A stretch of DNA of 64,000 nucleotides, taken from Clostridia bacterium. Its GTDB lineage: Bacteria > Bacillota > Clostridia > Oscillospirales > CAG-272. The notes under the pieces are model-generated. The model was not told where the DNA came from, did not search any database, and worked only from the letters and a program-made list of their open reading frames with translations. Of this stretch, positions 37,255-46,277 are shown in pieces. Within the stretch, counting starts at the first letter, position 1; each line of letters starts with the position of its first letter. The stretch is taken from the NCBI GenBank assembly GCA_017453205.1, contig JAFTKO010000043.1:3454-67453 (forward strand), in the 5' to 3' direction. Made by a program: the position numbers and the translations under genes.

Positions 37255-38172
37255 TTAAAATTGATAATATTCATACGACTTTTCTTTTAAAAAGTCGTCT
37301 ATCCGGCTTTGTATGCCCTTCATATCCGTGGCAGAATTGAATATTTTGTGAAAATTGGTAACAAAGTTATTATAGCAATAATGTTTTCTTTGATATAGCT
37401 CAAAATCAAATTTTACATGAACGGAAGAATCATTACAAAATGAATAGCTTTGTCCAACGGCACTCTTCCCCGTCATGGCACAATACAGCATCAGTGATGT
37501 GATATAACCCGACAATATGTTGGGATGAAATCCGTCAATCTCACTTTTACAAATGATAAAGCTGTTTTTATCGTACGGTTGAGTAGAGTTGGCTACGGCA
37601 ATCGTTCCGTTAATCAATCCCATTACGAAACCGCCCCAATCCACTACCGTAACTCCCATACTCCCTAATAGCTTTAGGCTGTTCAGTATGTTGTCTTGTA
37701 TTTTGTGACATGAAGAAATACCGTAGGATGCCACGTTACATAAGTAGAAAAATTTCACGTTTGGGTTTACAGATTGAAAAGTATCTATGATCTTTTGAAT
37801 ATCATCAAGAAAATATACATCCGATTTACTTCTGCTTCCCGCCGAAATCACAACGTAATCGTAAAAACGGTCGGTCAATCTGCTTAAATGGTCTTCACCG
37901 TCACACCCTCGGTCAGCTCGGCAACATCCGCCAAACAAATCGGTTAAGGTGTGTCCGCCAAAGGTCCACGCTGTTACGTCTACGTGTTCACCATTGGCTT
38001 TGCAAAGCTGATAAAAATATCCCCGATCTCCGTTGCGTTCTTCTTGACCCAGAACGGTTTGCGGAATGCGGAAAACGGTAAATCCATGATGAATAAAAGA
38101 ATTACCAATAAATATAATTTTTTTACCTTCAAGTGAAATCTCTCGATCGTCCGTCAGTTTCATATTTGCCAT
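37255..38172 (-). CDS. SGNH-like (DUF4886-type) hydrolase, no signal peptide
   Basis: KIIFIGNSFIHHG block-I-like motif; distant paralogue of the neighbouring gene. Confidence 0.4.
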   Translation of the reverse strand: MANMKLTDDREISLEGKKIIFIGNSFIHHGFTVFRIPQTVLGQEERNGDRGYFYQLCKANGEHVDVTAWTFGGHTLTDLFGGCCRADRGCDGEDHLSRLTDRFYDYVVISAGSRSKSDVYFLDDIQKIIDTFQSVNPNVKFFYLCNVASYGISSCHKIQDNILNSLKLLGSMGVTVVDWGGFVMGLINGTIAVANSTQPYDKNSFIICKSEIDGFHPNILSGYITSLMLYCAMTGKSAVGQSYSFCNDSSVHVKFDFELYQRKHYCYNNFVTNFHKIFNSATDMKGIQSRIDDFLKEKSYEYYQF

Positions 38173-38199
38173 AGTAAGTTTGCCTCGATTTATCTGTAT

Positions 38200-39996
38200 C
38201 TAAAAAGAAATATCCACCAACACGGGACAATGATCCGATGCGATCATCGTATAGGTAGCGGTTAGGGTTGAAAGCCTGTTTACCGTCATATTATCGGAAG
38301 AAACCCATACTTGATCAATCGCCGCGCTGTATTTACCGGTTGGACGATACAAGTTGATATAGGTTTGGTAGTCAGCGCTGTACTCGGCGTGTTGATGATG
38401 GGTGGAAACGTCATTCTTTTGCACAGCGAGATCCCACGCGAATTGCAAACCGCCCATACTGAGGATATTGGCAGGCTCCGAGGAAACCGTACAGTTCAAA
38501 TCTCCTCCCGCCACCAACGGCAGCTCTGCATACTCCGCGTTTGCGCGTATGGATGCAATCAGATCAATCAATTCCGTTGCGTTTGAAATTCGCGCCGCAG
38601 CTCCCTCCTCGGTACTTTCCCAGTAGAAGTGAGTGGACATAGCAATAAAGCGTTCTCCCGTTTGCTTTACAGAAAACACCGCCCACGTCACCGATTTGGA
38701 ATTGACATCGTTCAGTCCGCTATAAAGCTGATATCCCGACTCCACCACCTCCAGCACGTCTGTTTTATAAAACAGAGGCGTAAAATTCGAGTAGGCATTT
38801 TTCGGCTTCACTTCGGCGTAGCCCAACTGTGACAGATCACTGATCAAGCCTCCGAGTCTGACACTTGAACTGAATTCCTGCAATCCGATGACGTCGGGAG
38901 AATAGGTTTTAAACAGCTCCAGTTGCATTTCCTTACGCACGCTGGTACTATAATTCTCCCAACCGTAAATGTTGTAATACATCACACGCACATCTCCCGA
39001 TGCCGTGATGGAGCTTGCCGTTCTTTCCTCAAACCCCGATATTGCGTTTACGGTAGTTTCGGTTTCGGCGATCGTGTAACAAGCACCGGATTTGGAGGGG
39101 ATCAGCGTTTTGGTAACATACTGATACAACTCGTCGTAAGCCGAATAGCCGTTTGCGGAAAGCTCCAGAGTTTTGCCGCTTGCTTTTACGATGTACTCAT
39201 CTTCATCCGCATGCGAGGTAGAACGTGCGGTGTCACCAATCAGAATATCGCGTTCCCCCGCAGTTGCGGAATCATTTACGATATCCAACAAAACACCGTA
39301 GTGCTTCATTAGCCAATATCGAAGCTGATAGGCAAAATAATTTTCGTTGACATCTGCGTGCTCGGGAATGACCATACGGTACTCGGAAAGCTCGGCTCCC
39401 AATAAAGAAACGCTGTCAATACCGTAAACTGCTTTTTGCAAATGGTTGTCCTTGGAAGAAAACGTAATACTCTTACCGTTTTGTGTTTGTGAAAGCAACA
39501 CGTTGTTCATAAAATATTGAACAGCCGTTGTAGATGTTTCCGCGTTTTGTGCGCAAATAACAAGCTTATTTCCAACAACGCCGATATAATAGTCGTTCAG
39601 CTTTGTCAGCTTTGCGGCAATCTCCTGCGATTCTGCCCATTGCGTAACGCCTATGAGAATTGCAGGCTGATTTGCCATGGTGTCCTTGTAGTATCGGTCG
39701 GTGGTCATGGAAAGCCTTGCCCCCGTGCCGTTATAAATCATTTTGGACATGGCTCCCACAACGGATATAAAATCGTCATTGGAAGCATAGGATTTATCAT
39801 AGTAAATGTTGTATTCACTTTGCCCGTTGTCAACGATCGTCAAAACGGTTTCGGCTAAATCCGAAGAATCGGTGGACAATTCGGTACCCACCGTTTCTTC
39901 GTTGTTTTGTTGATCATTGCAGCCGGAAAAGCATACAGCCAGCATTGCCGCGATCAGCGCAATGCAGATTATGCGATAAAGACCTCTCCGCGTCAT
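38200..39996 (-). CDS. Lipoprotein with a C-terminal endonuclease/exonuclease/phosphatase (EEP) domain
   Basis: Lipobox FSGC. EEP motifs VRVMYYNIYGW, DVIGLQEF, STHFYW, ASDHCPVLVDI. Confidence 0.75.
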   Translation of the reverse strand: MTRRGLYRIICIALIAAMLAVCFSGCNDQQNNEETVGTELSTDSSDLAETVLTIVDNGQSEYNIYYDKSYASNDDFISVVGAMSKMIYNGTGARLSMTTDRYYKDTMANQPAILIGVTQWAESQEIAAKLTKLNDYYIGVVGNKLVICAQNAETSTTAVQYFMNNVLLSQTQNGKSITFSSKDNHLQKAVYGIDSVSLLGAELSEYRMVIPEHADVNENYFAYQLRYWLMKHYGVLLDIVNDSATAGERDILIGDTARSTSHADEDEYIVKASGKTLELSANGYSAYDELYQYVTKTLIPSKSGACYTIAETETTVNAISGFEERTASSITASGDVRVMYYNIYGWENYSTSVRKEMQLELFKTYSPDVIGLQEFSSSVRLGGLISDLSQLGYAEVKPKNAYSNFTPLFYKTDVLEVVESGYQLYSGLNDVNSKSVTWAVFSVKQTGERFIAMSTHFYWESTEEGAAARISNATELIDLIASIRANAEYAELPLVAGGDLNCTVSSEPANILSMGGLQFAWDLAVQKNDVSTHHQHAEYSADYQTYINLYRPTGKYSAAIDQVWVSSDNMTVNRLSTLTATYTMIASDHCPVLVDISF

Positions 39997-40004
39997 TGCT
40001 TGTA

Positions 40005-40142
40005 TTAGCTGTTGTAAAGGTCATTGATGCTCATACCGTCAACAAGATCATCATTATACACCAGTGCAACAGATGCCGTAACGATATCCTGCATATCGAA
40101 AAGCATAACATTCAATTGAGGATCGATGTAAGTTTTTTTCAT
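40005..40142 (-). CDS. Unannotated 45-codon ORF (MKKTYIDPQLNVMLFDMQDIVTASVALVYNDDLVDGMSINDLYNS)
   Basis: GGAG 7 nt upstream of the ATG at 40142. The stop lies 8 nt before the ATG of the EEP lipoprotein gene. It fills the only gap in the operon and is below the 60-aa cutoff of the ORF track. Confidence 0.4.
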   Translation of the reverse strand: MKKTYIDPQLNVMLFDMQDIVTASVALVYNDDLVDGMSINDLYNS

Positions 40143-40164
40143 ATTCATTCTCCATTATATTTCA

Positions 40165-41448
40165 TTATTGTAGTGAAAAATCCACGATTTTGGGATTATG
40201 ATCCGAGGAAAAGCAAGCATAGCGGTCGGCAACGGTTGCAAACAGTTCAATCGAAATACCCTCGTACCAAACGTGGTCGATGGAATAGGTTGCGTCCCGG
40301 TCGATGTGGGAATAATAAGATGTAAACAGCTCTTTTTCGGAATCCCACGTAGCATATGCGCCGTGACCGTTTACCGAGTTGACCGCACATCCCGCGTCAT
40401 CCGCTGTTCCCTGCGCCCACAAAAGACCGCCACCCTCCAACTCGCTCAACGGAGCGTGCCGTGTTCTTGCAAAGCCGGTGTTCATGTCACCGCCGATCAC
40501 CACGCCCAAGTCCCCGTACTCCTCACGAATCTCCGACAAAAGTGCCAACAGCTCCTTGGCGTTTTGTTGACGGAGCACATCGGCCGCTTCATCAACAAGA
40601 TCCGAGTACTGCTCGTCGGTCATATCCTCGGTACGTGTTACCAAGCTTCCTGTGGTGTCGTTCCACATAAAGTGGGTTGACATGGCGATAAAACGATCTC
40701 CGTTTTGGTCGGAGAACACCGCCCAGGTTACCGATTTGGAATTGACATCGTTGATACCGCTATACAGCAGGTATCCGCAATCCACAACGGTAAGCGTATC
40801 CTTTTTGTAAAACAGAGGTGTAAAGTTTGCGCCGTCGGTATTCAAAAGTGTGCCGTCACCAACCTCGGAGTAGCCAAGCTCGGCAAGATCTGCCAAAAAG
40901 GACTCGGAGCGATAGCGCACAGTACCTTTTTCCGTGCTGTTGCTAAATTCCTGAAATGCCAAAATATCGGCATCATAGGATTTTAACAAAGAGACTTGAT
41001 ACGGTTGGCGAAGTGCGACGGTGGTGTTGTGCGATGTGTTTGCCCAACCATATACGTTGAGCGTAAGAAAGCGAATTTGTCCCTCTTGCTTTTGACCGCA
41101 AGTCTGTAGCGCGTCACCGTTTCCAAACAACTCCAAGCCGCTTTTTAAGCATCCGTTGGTTTGCAATTCTCCACACACCGCAGCCACAGCCGCCTCAAAT
41201 CCATAAGTAGAACCCGCAGAAATGTATACGCAAGTACCGGCGGTGGTAACGGAATATGCGTTCCCGACCGGTACCTTTTTGGAATACACTGTATTTCCAA
41301 CGTAAATATCTTCGTTGGAGGCGGTTACATCATCATATACAATATCGACCTCTGCCCCTTGATAGTCGGCAAACGCCGCCCGCAGCTCCGATGCGGCGTA
41401 AACCTCGTCAAGCGTGGCATTGGCGGATATGACAATCCGTGGGTTCAT
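40165..41448 (-). CDS. EEP-family phosphodiesterase/phosphatase (paralogue of 38200..39996, no signal peptide)
   Basis: IRFLTLNVYGW, DILAFQEF, STHFMW, SSDHNPKIVDF. It shares FTPLFYK..L.VV..GY.LYSG.NDVNSKSVTWAVFS with the paralogue. TAATG overlap with the upstream gene. Confidence 0.75.
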   Translation of the reverse strand: MNPRIVISANATLDEVYAASELRAAFADYQGAEVDIVYDDVTASNEDIYVGNTVYSKKVPVGNAYSVTTAGTCVYISAGSTYGFEAAVAAVCGELQTNGCLKSGLELFGNGDALQTCGQKQEGQIRFLTLNVYGWANTSHNTTVALRQPYQVSLLKSYDADILAFQEFSNSTEKGTVRYRSESFLADLAELGYSEVGDGTLLNTDGANFTPLFYKKDTLTVVDCGYLLYSGINDVNSKSVTWAVFSDQNGDRFIAMSTHFMWNDTTGSLVTRTEDMTDEQYSDLVDEAADVLRQQNAKELLALLSEIREEYGDLGVVIGGDMNTGFARTRHAPLSELEGGGLLWAQGTADDAGCAVNSVNGHGAYATWDSEKELFTSYYSHIDRDATYSIDHVWYEGISIELFATVADRYACFSSDHNPKIVDFSLQ

Positions 41449-42689
41449 TATGCTAAAGGGGACGCAGTAATCGTTCCGTCCGCTCCGATCGTCACGTTGT
41501 ATATCGTACCGACCTTGGCAGTGTCGCCATCCATGTAGTAAGCGGCAATTTGAAGCGCATAAGTTTTGCCTACCACAAGATCATTTAGGTTGAGGCAATA
41601 CAGATAGTCAGCTCCAAGATACCATGCGGGTACATTGTTACCGTCAGCCGTAATGCTGTTAAATACGGTGTTGCACTGCTTGTCAACAGTGTTGGTACCG
41701 ATCAGACGGAAGCCGATCTTTGCATTCTGCAAATCGGGAGTATTCAGCGTAGCAACAAAACGCGCCGAATAGGTGGTGCCCTCCTCCCCAATTTCGGTGG
41801 TTTGAACGCCAACGATCTCGGTATCTGCAATTTCAGCAGCATCGCTTTGAGCCTTACCTTGCAGGGTTACGTTAACAAGAGCGTTGGTGCTACCGGAGTT
41901 TGCCCATGCACGATAGTCGGTAGTTTCATCAGGTGCCGCGCCACCGGTAGTGGTGTAGAGATCGGCTGTGGCTTTGTGCATATAGGTAAAACCGATCTTA
42001 ACATTAACATTCTCGCCGTTACCAAGCGCCGAACGGATCGATTCGGGCATCGGAATTACGATCTCATATCCGGCACCATCCTCCTCCCAAGGAGCATCGC
42101 TCGTAGTGCCGGGATGATTCAAACCGCAAAAGATGCCGTAATCCAACGCATTCTCGGCATTTACAGCACTACTTGTGGGATAAACGCCGTCAGTCATATC
42201 CTCCGTAAATACACCGAAACGGTAATAAAATTCGTAACCATTCTCGTATCTCGAAGCAGTAGTGGAACCATTATAGTAGTTAACGTTCGTCTTTGTTGTA
42301 CCATCTTTCAAATACGTGTAAGGTCCATAGTTTAGGCCTCCTACAATCTGATATTTTGTACTGTCGTCAAGCTCAATGTAAATATGCGCTTCAAAGCTCT
42401 TCCGGTTAGCATAAATATTGTTAGCCCAAGAAACCAAATAGAGGTAGTCGCCGTCGTGCGCGATCTTCAAAGTACCGGTATAATCGGAGGTTTCGGTTTG
42501 CGGATACAAAATACCTGAGTACACATTGTTCTCATCCTTACCGTCCGCTAAAGAAGCGATATCAATTCTGCCGATCTGTTCAATAACAGTATCATTGGTT
42601 TTTGTGGTTTCGGTTTCGGTTGCCGTAGCGGTTATGCCAAAGGATAACAGCATTGCGCAAACCAACAAAATGGAAAGAAATTTTTTCAT
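41448..42689 (-). CDS. Secreted protein with a putative carbohydrate-binding beta-sandwich domain
   Basis: Signal peptide MKKFLSILLVCAMLLSFGITATA. The N-terminal domain is homologous to that of 42708..44474 (KIAHDGDYLYL, NYGPYTYL). Confidence 0.45.
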   Translation of the reverse strand: MKKFLSILLVCAMLLSFGITATATETETTKTNDTVIEQIGRIDIASLADGKDENNVYSGILYPQTETSDYTGTLKIAHDGDYLYLVSWANNIYANRKSFEAHIYIELDDSTKYQIVGGLNYGPYTYLKDGTTKTNVNYYNGSTTASRYENGYEFYYRFGVFTEDMTDGVYPTSSAVNAENALDYGIFCGLNHPGTTSDAPWEEDGAGYEIVIPMPESIRSALGNGENVNVKIGFTYMHKATADLYTTTGGAAPDETTDYRAWANSGSTNALVNVTLQGKAQSDAAEIADTEIVGVQTTEIGEEGTTYSARFVATLNTPDLQNAKIGFRLIGTNTVDKQCNTVFNSITADGNNVPAWYLGADYLYCLNLNDLVVGKTYALQIAAYYMDGDTAKVGTIYNVTIGADGTITASPLA

Positions 42690-42707
42690 GTCATTTCTCC
42701 TTAAAAC

Positions 42708-44474
42708 TTATTTTTTGTTTTTTCTTTTTTTACCAAGGATTGCCGCAGAGGCAACTGCCGCCATCATCGCAAATCCCGAAAATCCAAGAGACGAAGCACA
42801 GCCGCCCTCTGCCTCGGCAGGTTCGGATGTGGAAACGGGATCGGTATCGGTTTCGGTGTCTCCTGTGGTAGTTTCATTGGTATCGGTTCCGGGCGTGACC
42901 GTGGGTACTTGAACCGGATTTTTTTCCAGATAATCCGCATAAGATGCCGTAATAAACGCCTCAAATTTGGGCATTACCAGCTTCATGCCGTCTACGTTCA
43001 AGTGGGAAATGTCGGTTGCCGTCAGACAATACGTGGAACGAAAGCTTTCGCTGGTCATATCCACACCCGAAACGGTGGGATCGTTTGCCTTGAAGCAATA
43101 CACACCCTGCGCCTCGCAAACAGCAATCATCGCGTTGGCGTAATCGGAGGATGTCAAGCCAATGTCATTGGTTCCTCCGTAATTCCAAACGGTGGTACAC
43201 ATGATTACAGCTTTGGGGTATTTTGCCTGTAAGCCGTCAATCAGTACGTTTAACGCACCCATATAGGTATTGGTATCGGTGCTGTCAACCGAACCCAAAG
43301 GAACCTCGTTGTTGTAGTCGTTTCTGCCGCCGTTTACCAAAATCAAATTGGCGTTGTTGTCTGCCATGCTTTGGTAACGGGTTACCATTGGCTCGGAATC
43401 CACGCCCGGTGCGTAGGTGGAAACCATTCCGCCGTTTTTACCGTAATTATTGAACTTCCAATAATACTTTTCCGCAAGAAGCTTGGGCCAAACAAAATCC
43501 GATCCCATGGTGTGTCCCGCGAAATAACTGTCACCGATGATATTCACCGTCAGATCCTCAAGGTTGATATCATAAGTGCGGTTTCTGTCCGCCTCCACCC
43601 ATGCCGTTACCTTCTCAGCCAAATTTTCTTCGGTTACGTGATTGTTGGAATTTTCGATCACATGATCGGGGGTCACCGTTCCGCTTCCCTTTTTGAGGGT
43701 GAGCGTTGTCAGCTTTCCCTCGGTAATGTCCTCGTAGAAATCATTGCCGCAGTTGGTTTCATGATCGATCGTAAAGCTGCCGCAGTTGGTGTAATAGCGT
43801 ACCGCACCGGCGGTTTTGCATTGAATAAATGCATATCCAACTCCGATATTGCAAGAACCGTTTGCAAGAGCCTCCTTATTTGCCTCACTCAACGGAACGG
43901 CAACGTGATAGATACACTCCTCTGCATCTTTTGCCGAATACTCATTTCTGCCAAACAGAACGCCCGTTGCAAGACCCGAATCTTTATTCACGGTATTGTT
44001 ATAAGCGGGGCCCCACTTGTCATTCTGACGCGCTCTGTCCACAACACCCTCTTGATAATAAGAAACGTTGCTTCCGTTCAGTGTATAGGGGCCGTAGTTG
44101 GGCTTCATAATAATGGTATAGTCGACCACGCCGTCACCCGCGATCAAATCTACGTAGATAAATTCCTCAGACTGGGTACGATAGTCGTAAATTGTGGGAA
44201 CCTTTGTGTAAATGTAAATATAATCGCCCGCATGGGTAATTTTAAACTCGGCATTCCCCTCATAGCCGCTATCATTGGCATCGCCCGAGATCGAAACGGC
44301 GTTGCTCCAATCATACGCCGCATCACCCGAAAGCTCCGCGTTGATCTGCTCATAGGTCATACCGTTGCTTTGCGGAACCTCAATAGCGGTGTCGGGCACT
44401 GTCCAAGCCGTGGCGGAAACACTTAAGCTGAAAGCCATTACACAAACAAGCAATAAAGACGTAATTTTTTTCAT
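42708..44474 (-). CDS. Cell-surface SGNH/GDSL esterase with an N-terminal binding domain and a C-terminal Cys-containing anchor
   Basis: Signal peptide. NIIGDSYFAGH (block I), LVNGGRNDYN (block III). T/D/E linker, then GGCASS + hydrophobic helix + KKRKNKK. Confidence 0.7.
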   Translation of the reverse strand: MKKITSLLLVCVMAFSLSVSATAWTVPDTAIEVPQSNGMTYEQINAELSGDAAYDWSNAVSISGDANDSGYEGNAEFKITHAGDYIYIYTKVPTIYDYRTQSEEFIYVDLIAGDGVVDYTIIMKPNYGPYTLNGSNVSYYQEGVVDRARQNDKWGPAYNNTVNKDSGLATGVLFGRNEYSAKDAEECIYHVAVPLSEANKEALANGSCNIGVGYAFIQCKTAGAVRYYTNCGSFTIDHETNCGNDFYEDITEGKLTTLTLKKGSGTVTPDHVIENSNNHVTEENLAEKVTAWVEADRNRTYDINLEDLTVNIIGDSYFAGHTMGSDFVWPKLLAEKYYWKFNNYGKNGGMVSTYAPGVDSEPMVTRYQSMADNNANLILVNGGRNDYNNEVPLGSVDSTDTNTYMGALNVLIDGLQAKYPKAVIMCTTVWNYGGTNDIGLTSSDYANAMIAVCEAQGVYCFKANDPTVSGVDMTSESFRSTYCLTATDISHLNVDGMKLVMPKFEAFITASYADYLEKNPVQVPTVTPGTDTNETTTGDTETDTDPVSTSEPAEAEGGCASSLGFSGFAMMAAVASAAILGKKRKNKK

Positions 44475-44488
44475 ATGCTCCTCCGTTC

Positions 44489-45973
44489 TTACTGAAGTGC
44501 GACGGAAAGCAACTTCGTACTCAACGCTTTAATGTAACCTTCCACAGTAGGAATGGTATCGTTGATATAATTTTCCCACGTTCTGCCGTCCTGGAGCACG
44601 TATCCGGGAGCATCACACACGTATTTGGTTTCTTGCGCGTAAATTCTTGCGCAATCAAACCATGCAGTATCGCGAATCAATTGCAGCATCTCGGTCATTT
44701 CGGGAGATGTGGATCTCAGATACTTCATACATTCTTCAAAAATAACGGGAGTGGTCTGACGGTAGCCCTCGCTTGCAAGGCATTCCAGCACAGCCGATAC
44801 CTCACTAACCCGTTCGGTGGGCAAATTTAACATCATACCGTAAAGGGTAATGGGCTGACGAACCGTAGAATAGTAGGTTTCTTGCTCGCCGGTATATTTG
44901 GGCATCGGAACACAACCGTATTCAAAGTCAACGTCGGAAAAAGAGTTCAGACCCGCGCCGCTATCAATGATAAAGAAAAGATTGGTTCCGGCAACAAAGC
45001 CTGCGCTCGACTCGTTTACAAGCACCTGCTTTGCGCTGATTGCATCGGCGATTTTATTCATGATGCTCATGGCTTTTTCGCCCTTATACTCTGCGTTCAT
45101 CACAAAGGAGCCTGCCGCATCCTTTTCCACAATCGGAAGACCGCAACCGTGTAATATTGCCGGCCATGCATAATACGAGCCCACAATTCCAACGCGGTCG
45201 GTAACCTCAACCGTTTCATTCTCATCCATGCTCAGATAAACATCTTTTGTCATGGTGAGCATATTGTCAAGCGTCCACTCGTTGTTAGCAACCATATCAT
45301 AAGGAGAGGACAATCGCAAATCATCAACCAGATCGGCGTTGAAATACATGCAGTAGGTTGCTTGAATTAAATTGGTAGAAATATCTCCCGTTGCAAAATA
45401 GAACGTGTTTCCAACCGAAGTCTTTTCAATCACGTCATCCGACCACCAAGGCTGGCTGAAATCCAGATAGCTATCCTGCAAGCCACCCAAGTTTTTCAAA
45501 AGACCGGCACTGGCGCAAATGGCGGTACTGCGCGTGTAGGATGCAATAATATCCCAATAATCTCCGCCATTGTATGCGTTTAAGACCTTTTGCTTGTAGT
45601 CACCGCAGTATTTTACGCTTCCATTGGTTTCCTCAAAGGACAACGTAATGCCAATCCGTTCCTCAACGGTTGCGTTTCTTTCAAAGATTGCATTGTCGAT
45701 CACGTTATCACCGTACTCCGTTTCAAACTCCGAACGCGGGGCATTCCAACAAAGCACCGTGACATCGTCGCCATGGTAATTCAACTTTGGCAAAGAGTCT
45801 TTTTTGTAACCGTTTTCATCGTACAAAATATCCTCGTTGCCACTGTCGGCGGGGGCTTGCGAGTCGGTATTGGGATCCGGTTCGTTTTTCTTACAACCGG
45901 CCAACACACTCACGGTAAGTGCAAATGTCAAAATCAATAGCAAGATTTTGACAACTCCTGTTTTGCTTTTCAT
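44489..45973 (-). CDS. ABC-transporter extracellular solute-binding lipoprotein (no cognate permease genes in window)
   Basis: Lipobox VLAGC. The ~490-aa family-1 SBP architecture is typical of sugar/oligosaccharide binding proteins. Confidence 0.7.
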   Translation of the reverse strand: MKSKTGVVKILLLILTFALTVSVLAGCKKNEPDPNTDSQAPADSGNEDILYDENGYKKDSLPKLNYHGDDVTVLCWNAPRSEFETEYGDNVIDNAIFERNATVEERIGITLSFEETNGSVKYCGDYKQKVLNAYNGGDYWDIIASYTRSTAICASAGLLKNLGGLQDSYLDFSQPWWSDDVIEKTSVGNTFYFATGDISTNLIQATYCMYFNADLVDDLRLSSPYDMVANNEWTLDNMLTMTKDVYLSMDENETVEVTDRVGIVGSYYAWPAILHGCGLPIVEKDAAGSFVMNAEYKGEKAMSIMNKIADAISAKQVLVNESSAGFVAGTNLFFIIDSGAGLNSFSDVDFEYGCVPMPKYTGEQETYYSTVRQPITLYGMMLNLPTERVSEVSAVLECLASEGYRQTTPVIFEECMKYLRSTSPEMTEMLQLIRDTAWFDCARIYAQETKYVCDAPGYVLQDGRTWENYINDTIPTVEGYIKALSTKLLSVALQ

Positions 45974-46277
45974 ACAAAACCTCCTTATTTTTTATATAAA
46001 TCGGGCAAAAACGATACAACAATTTGGTATGTCGGTTCATATATCGGTCTTGGATTTGCTATTTTGTTGTTTCATTTGTGCATGTGACTTATATTTGAGT
46101 CCATTATAACACACGAAAAAAATGATGTCAACAATATAATAAATTTGGGGTATGCCCATATTTAAAGTTGGGCTACCTCCTCCAAATTTTCAAAATCTAT
46201 CAAAACAGGGGTTGCAATATTTTAAAAAATGTGGTAAAATATCTCTATCAAGTAATGCTTACGGAGGTTCAGCCATT

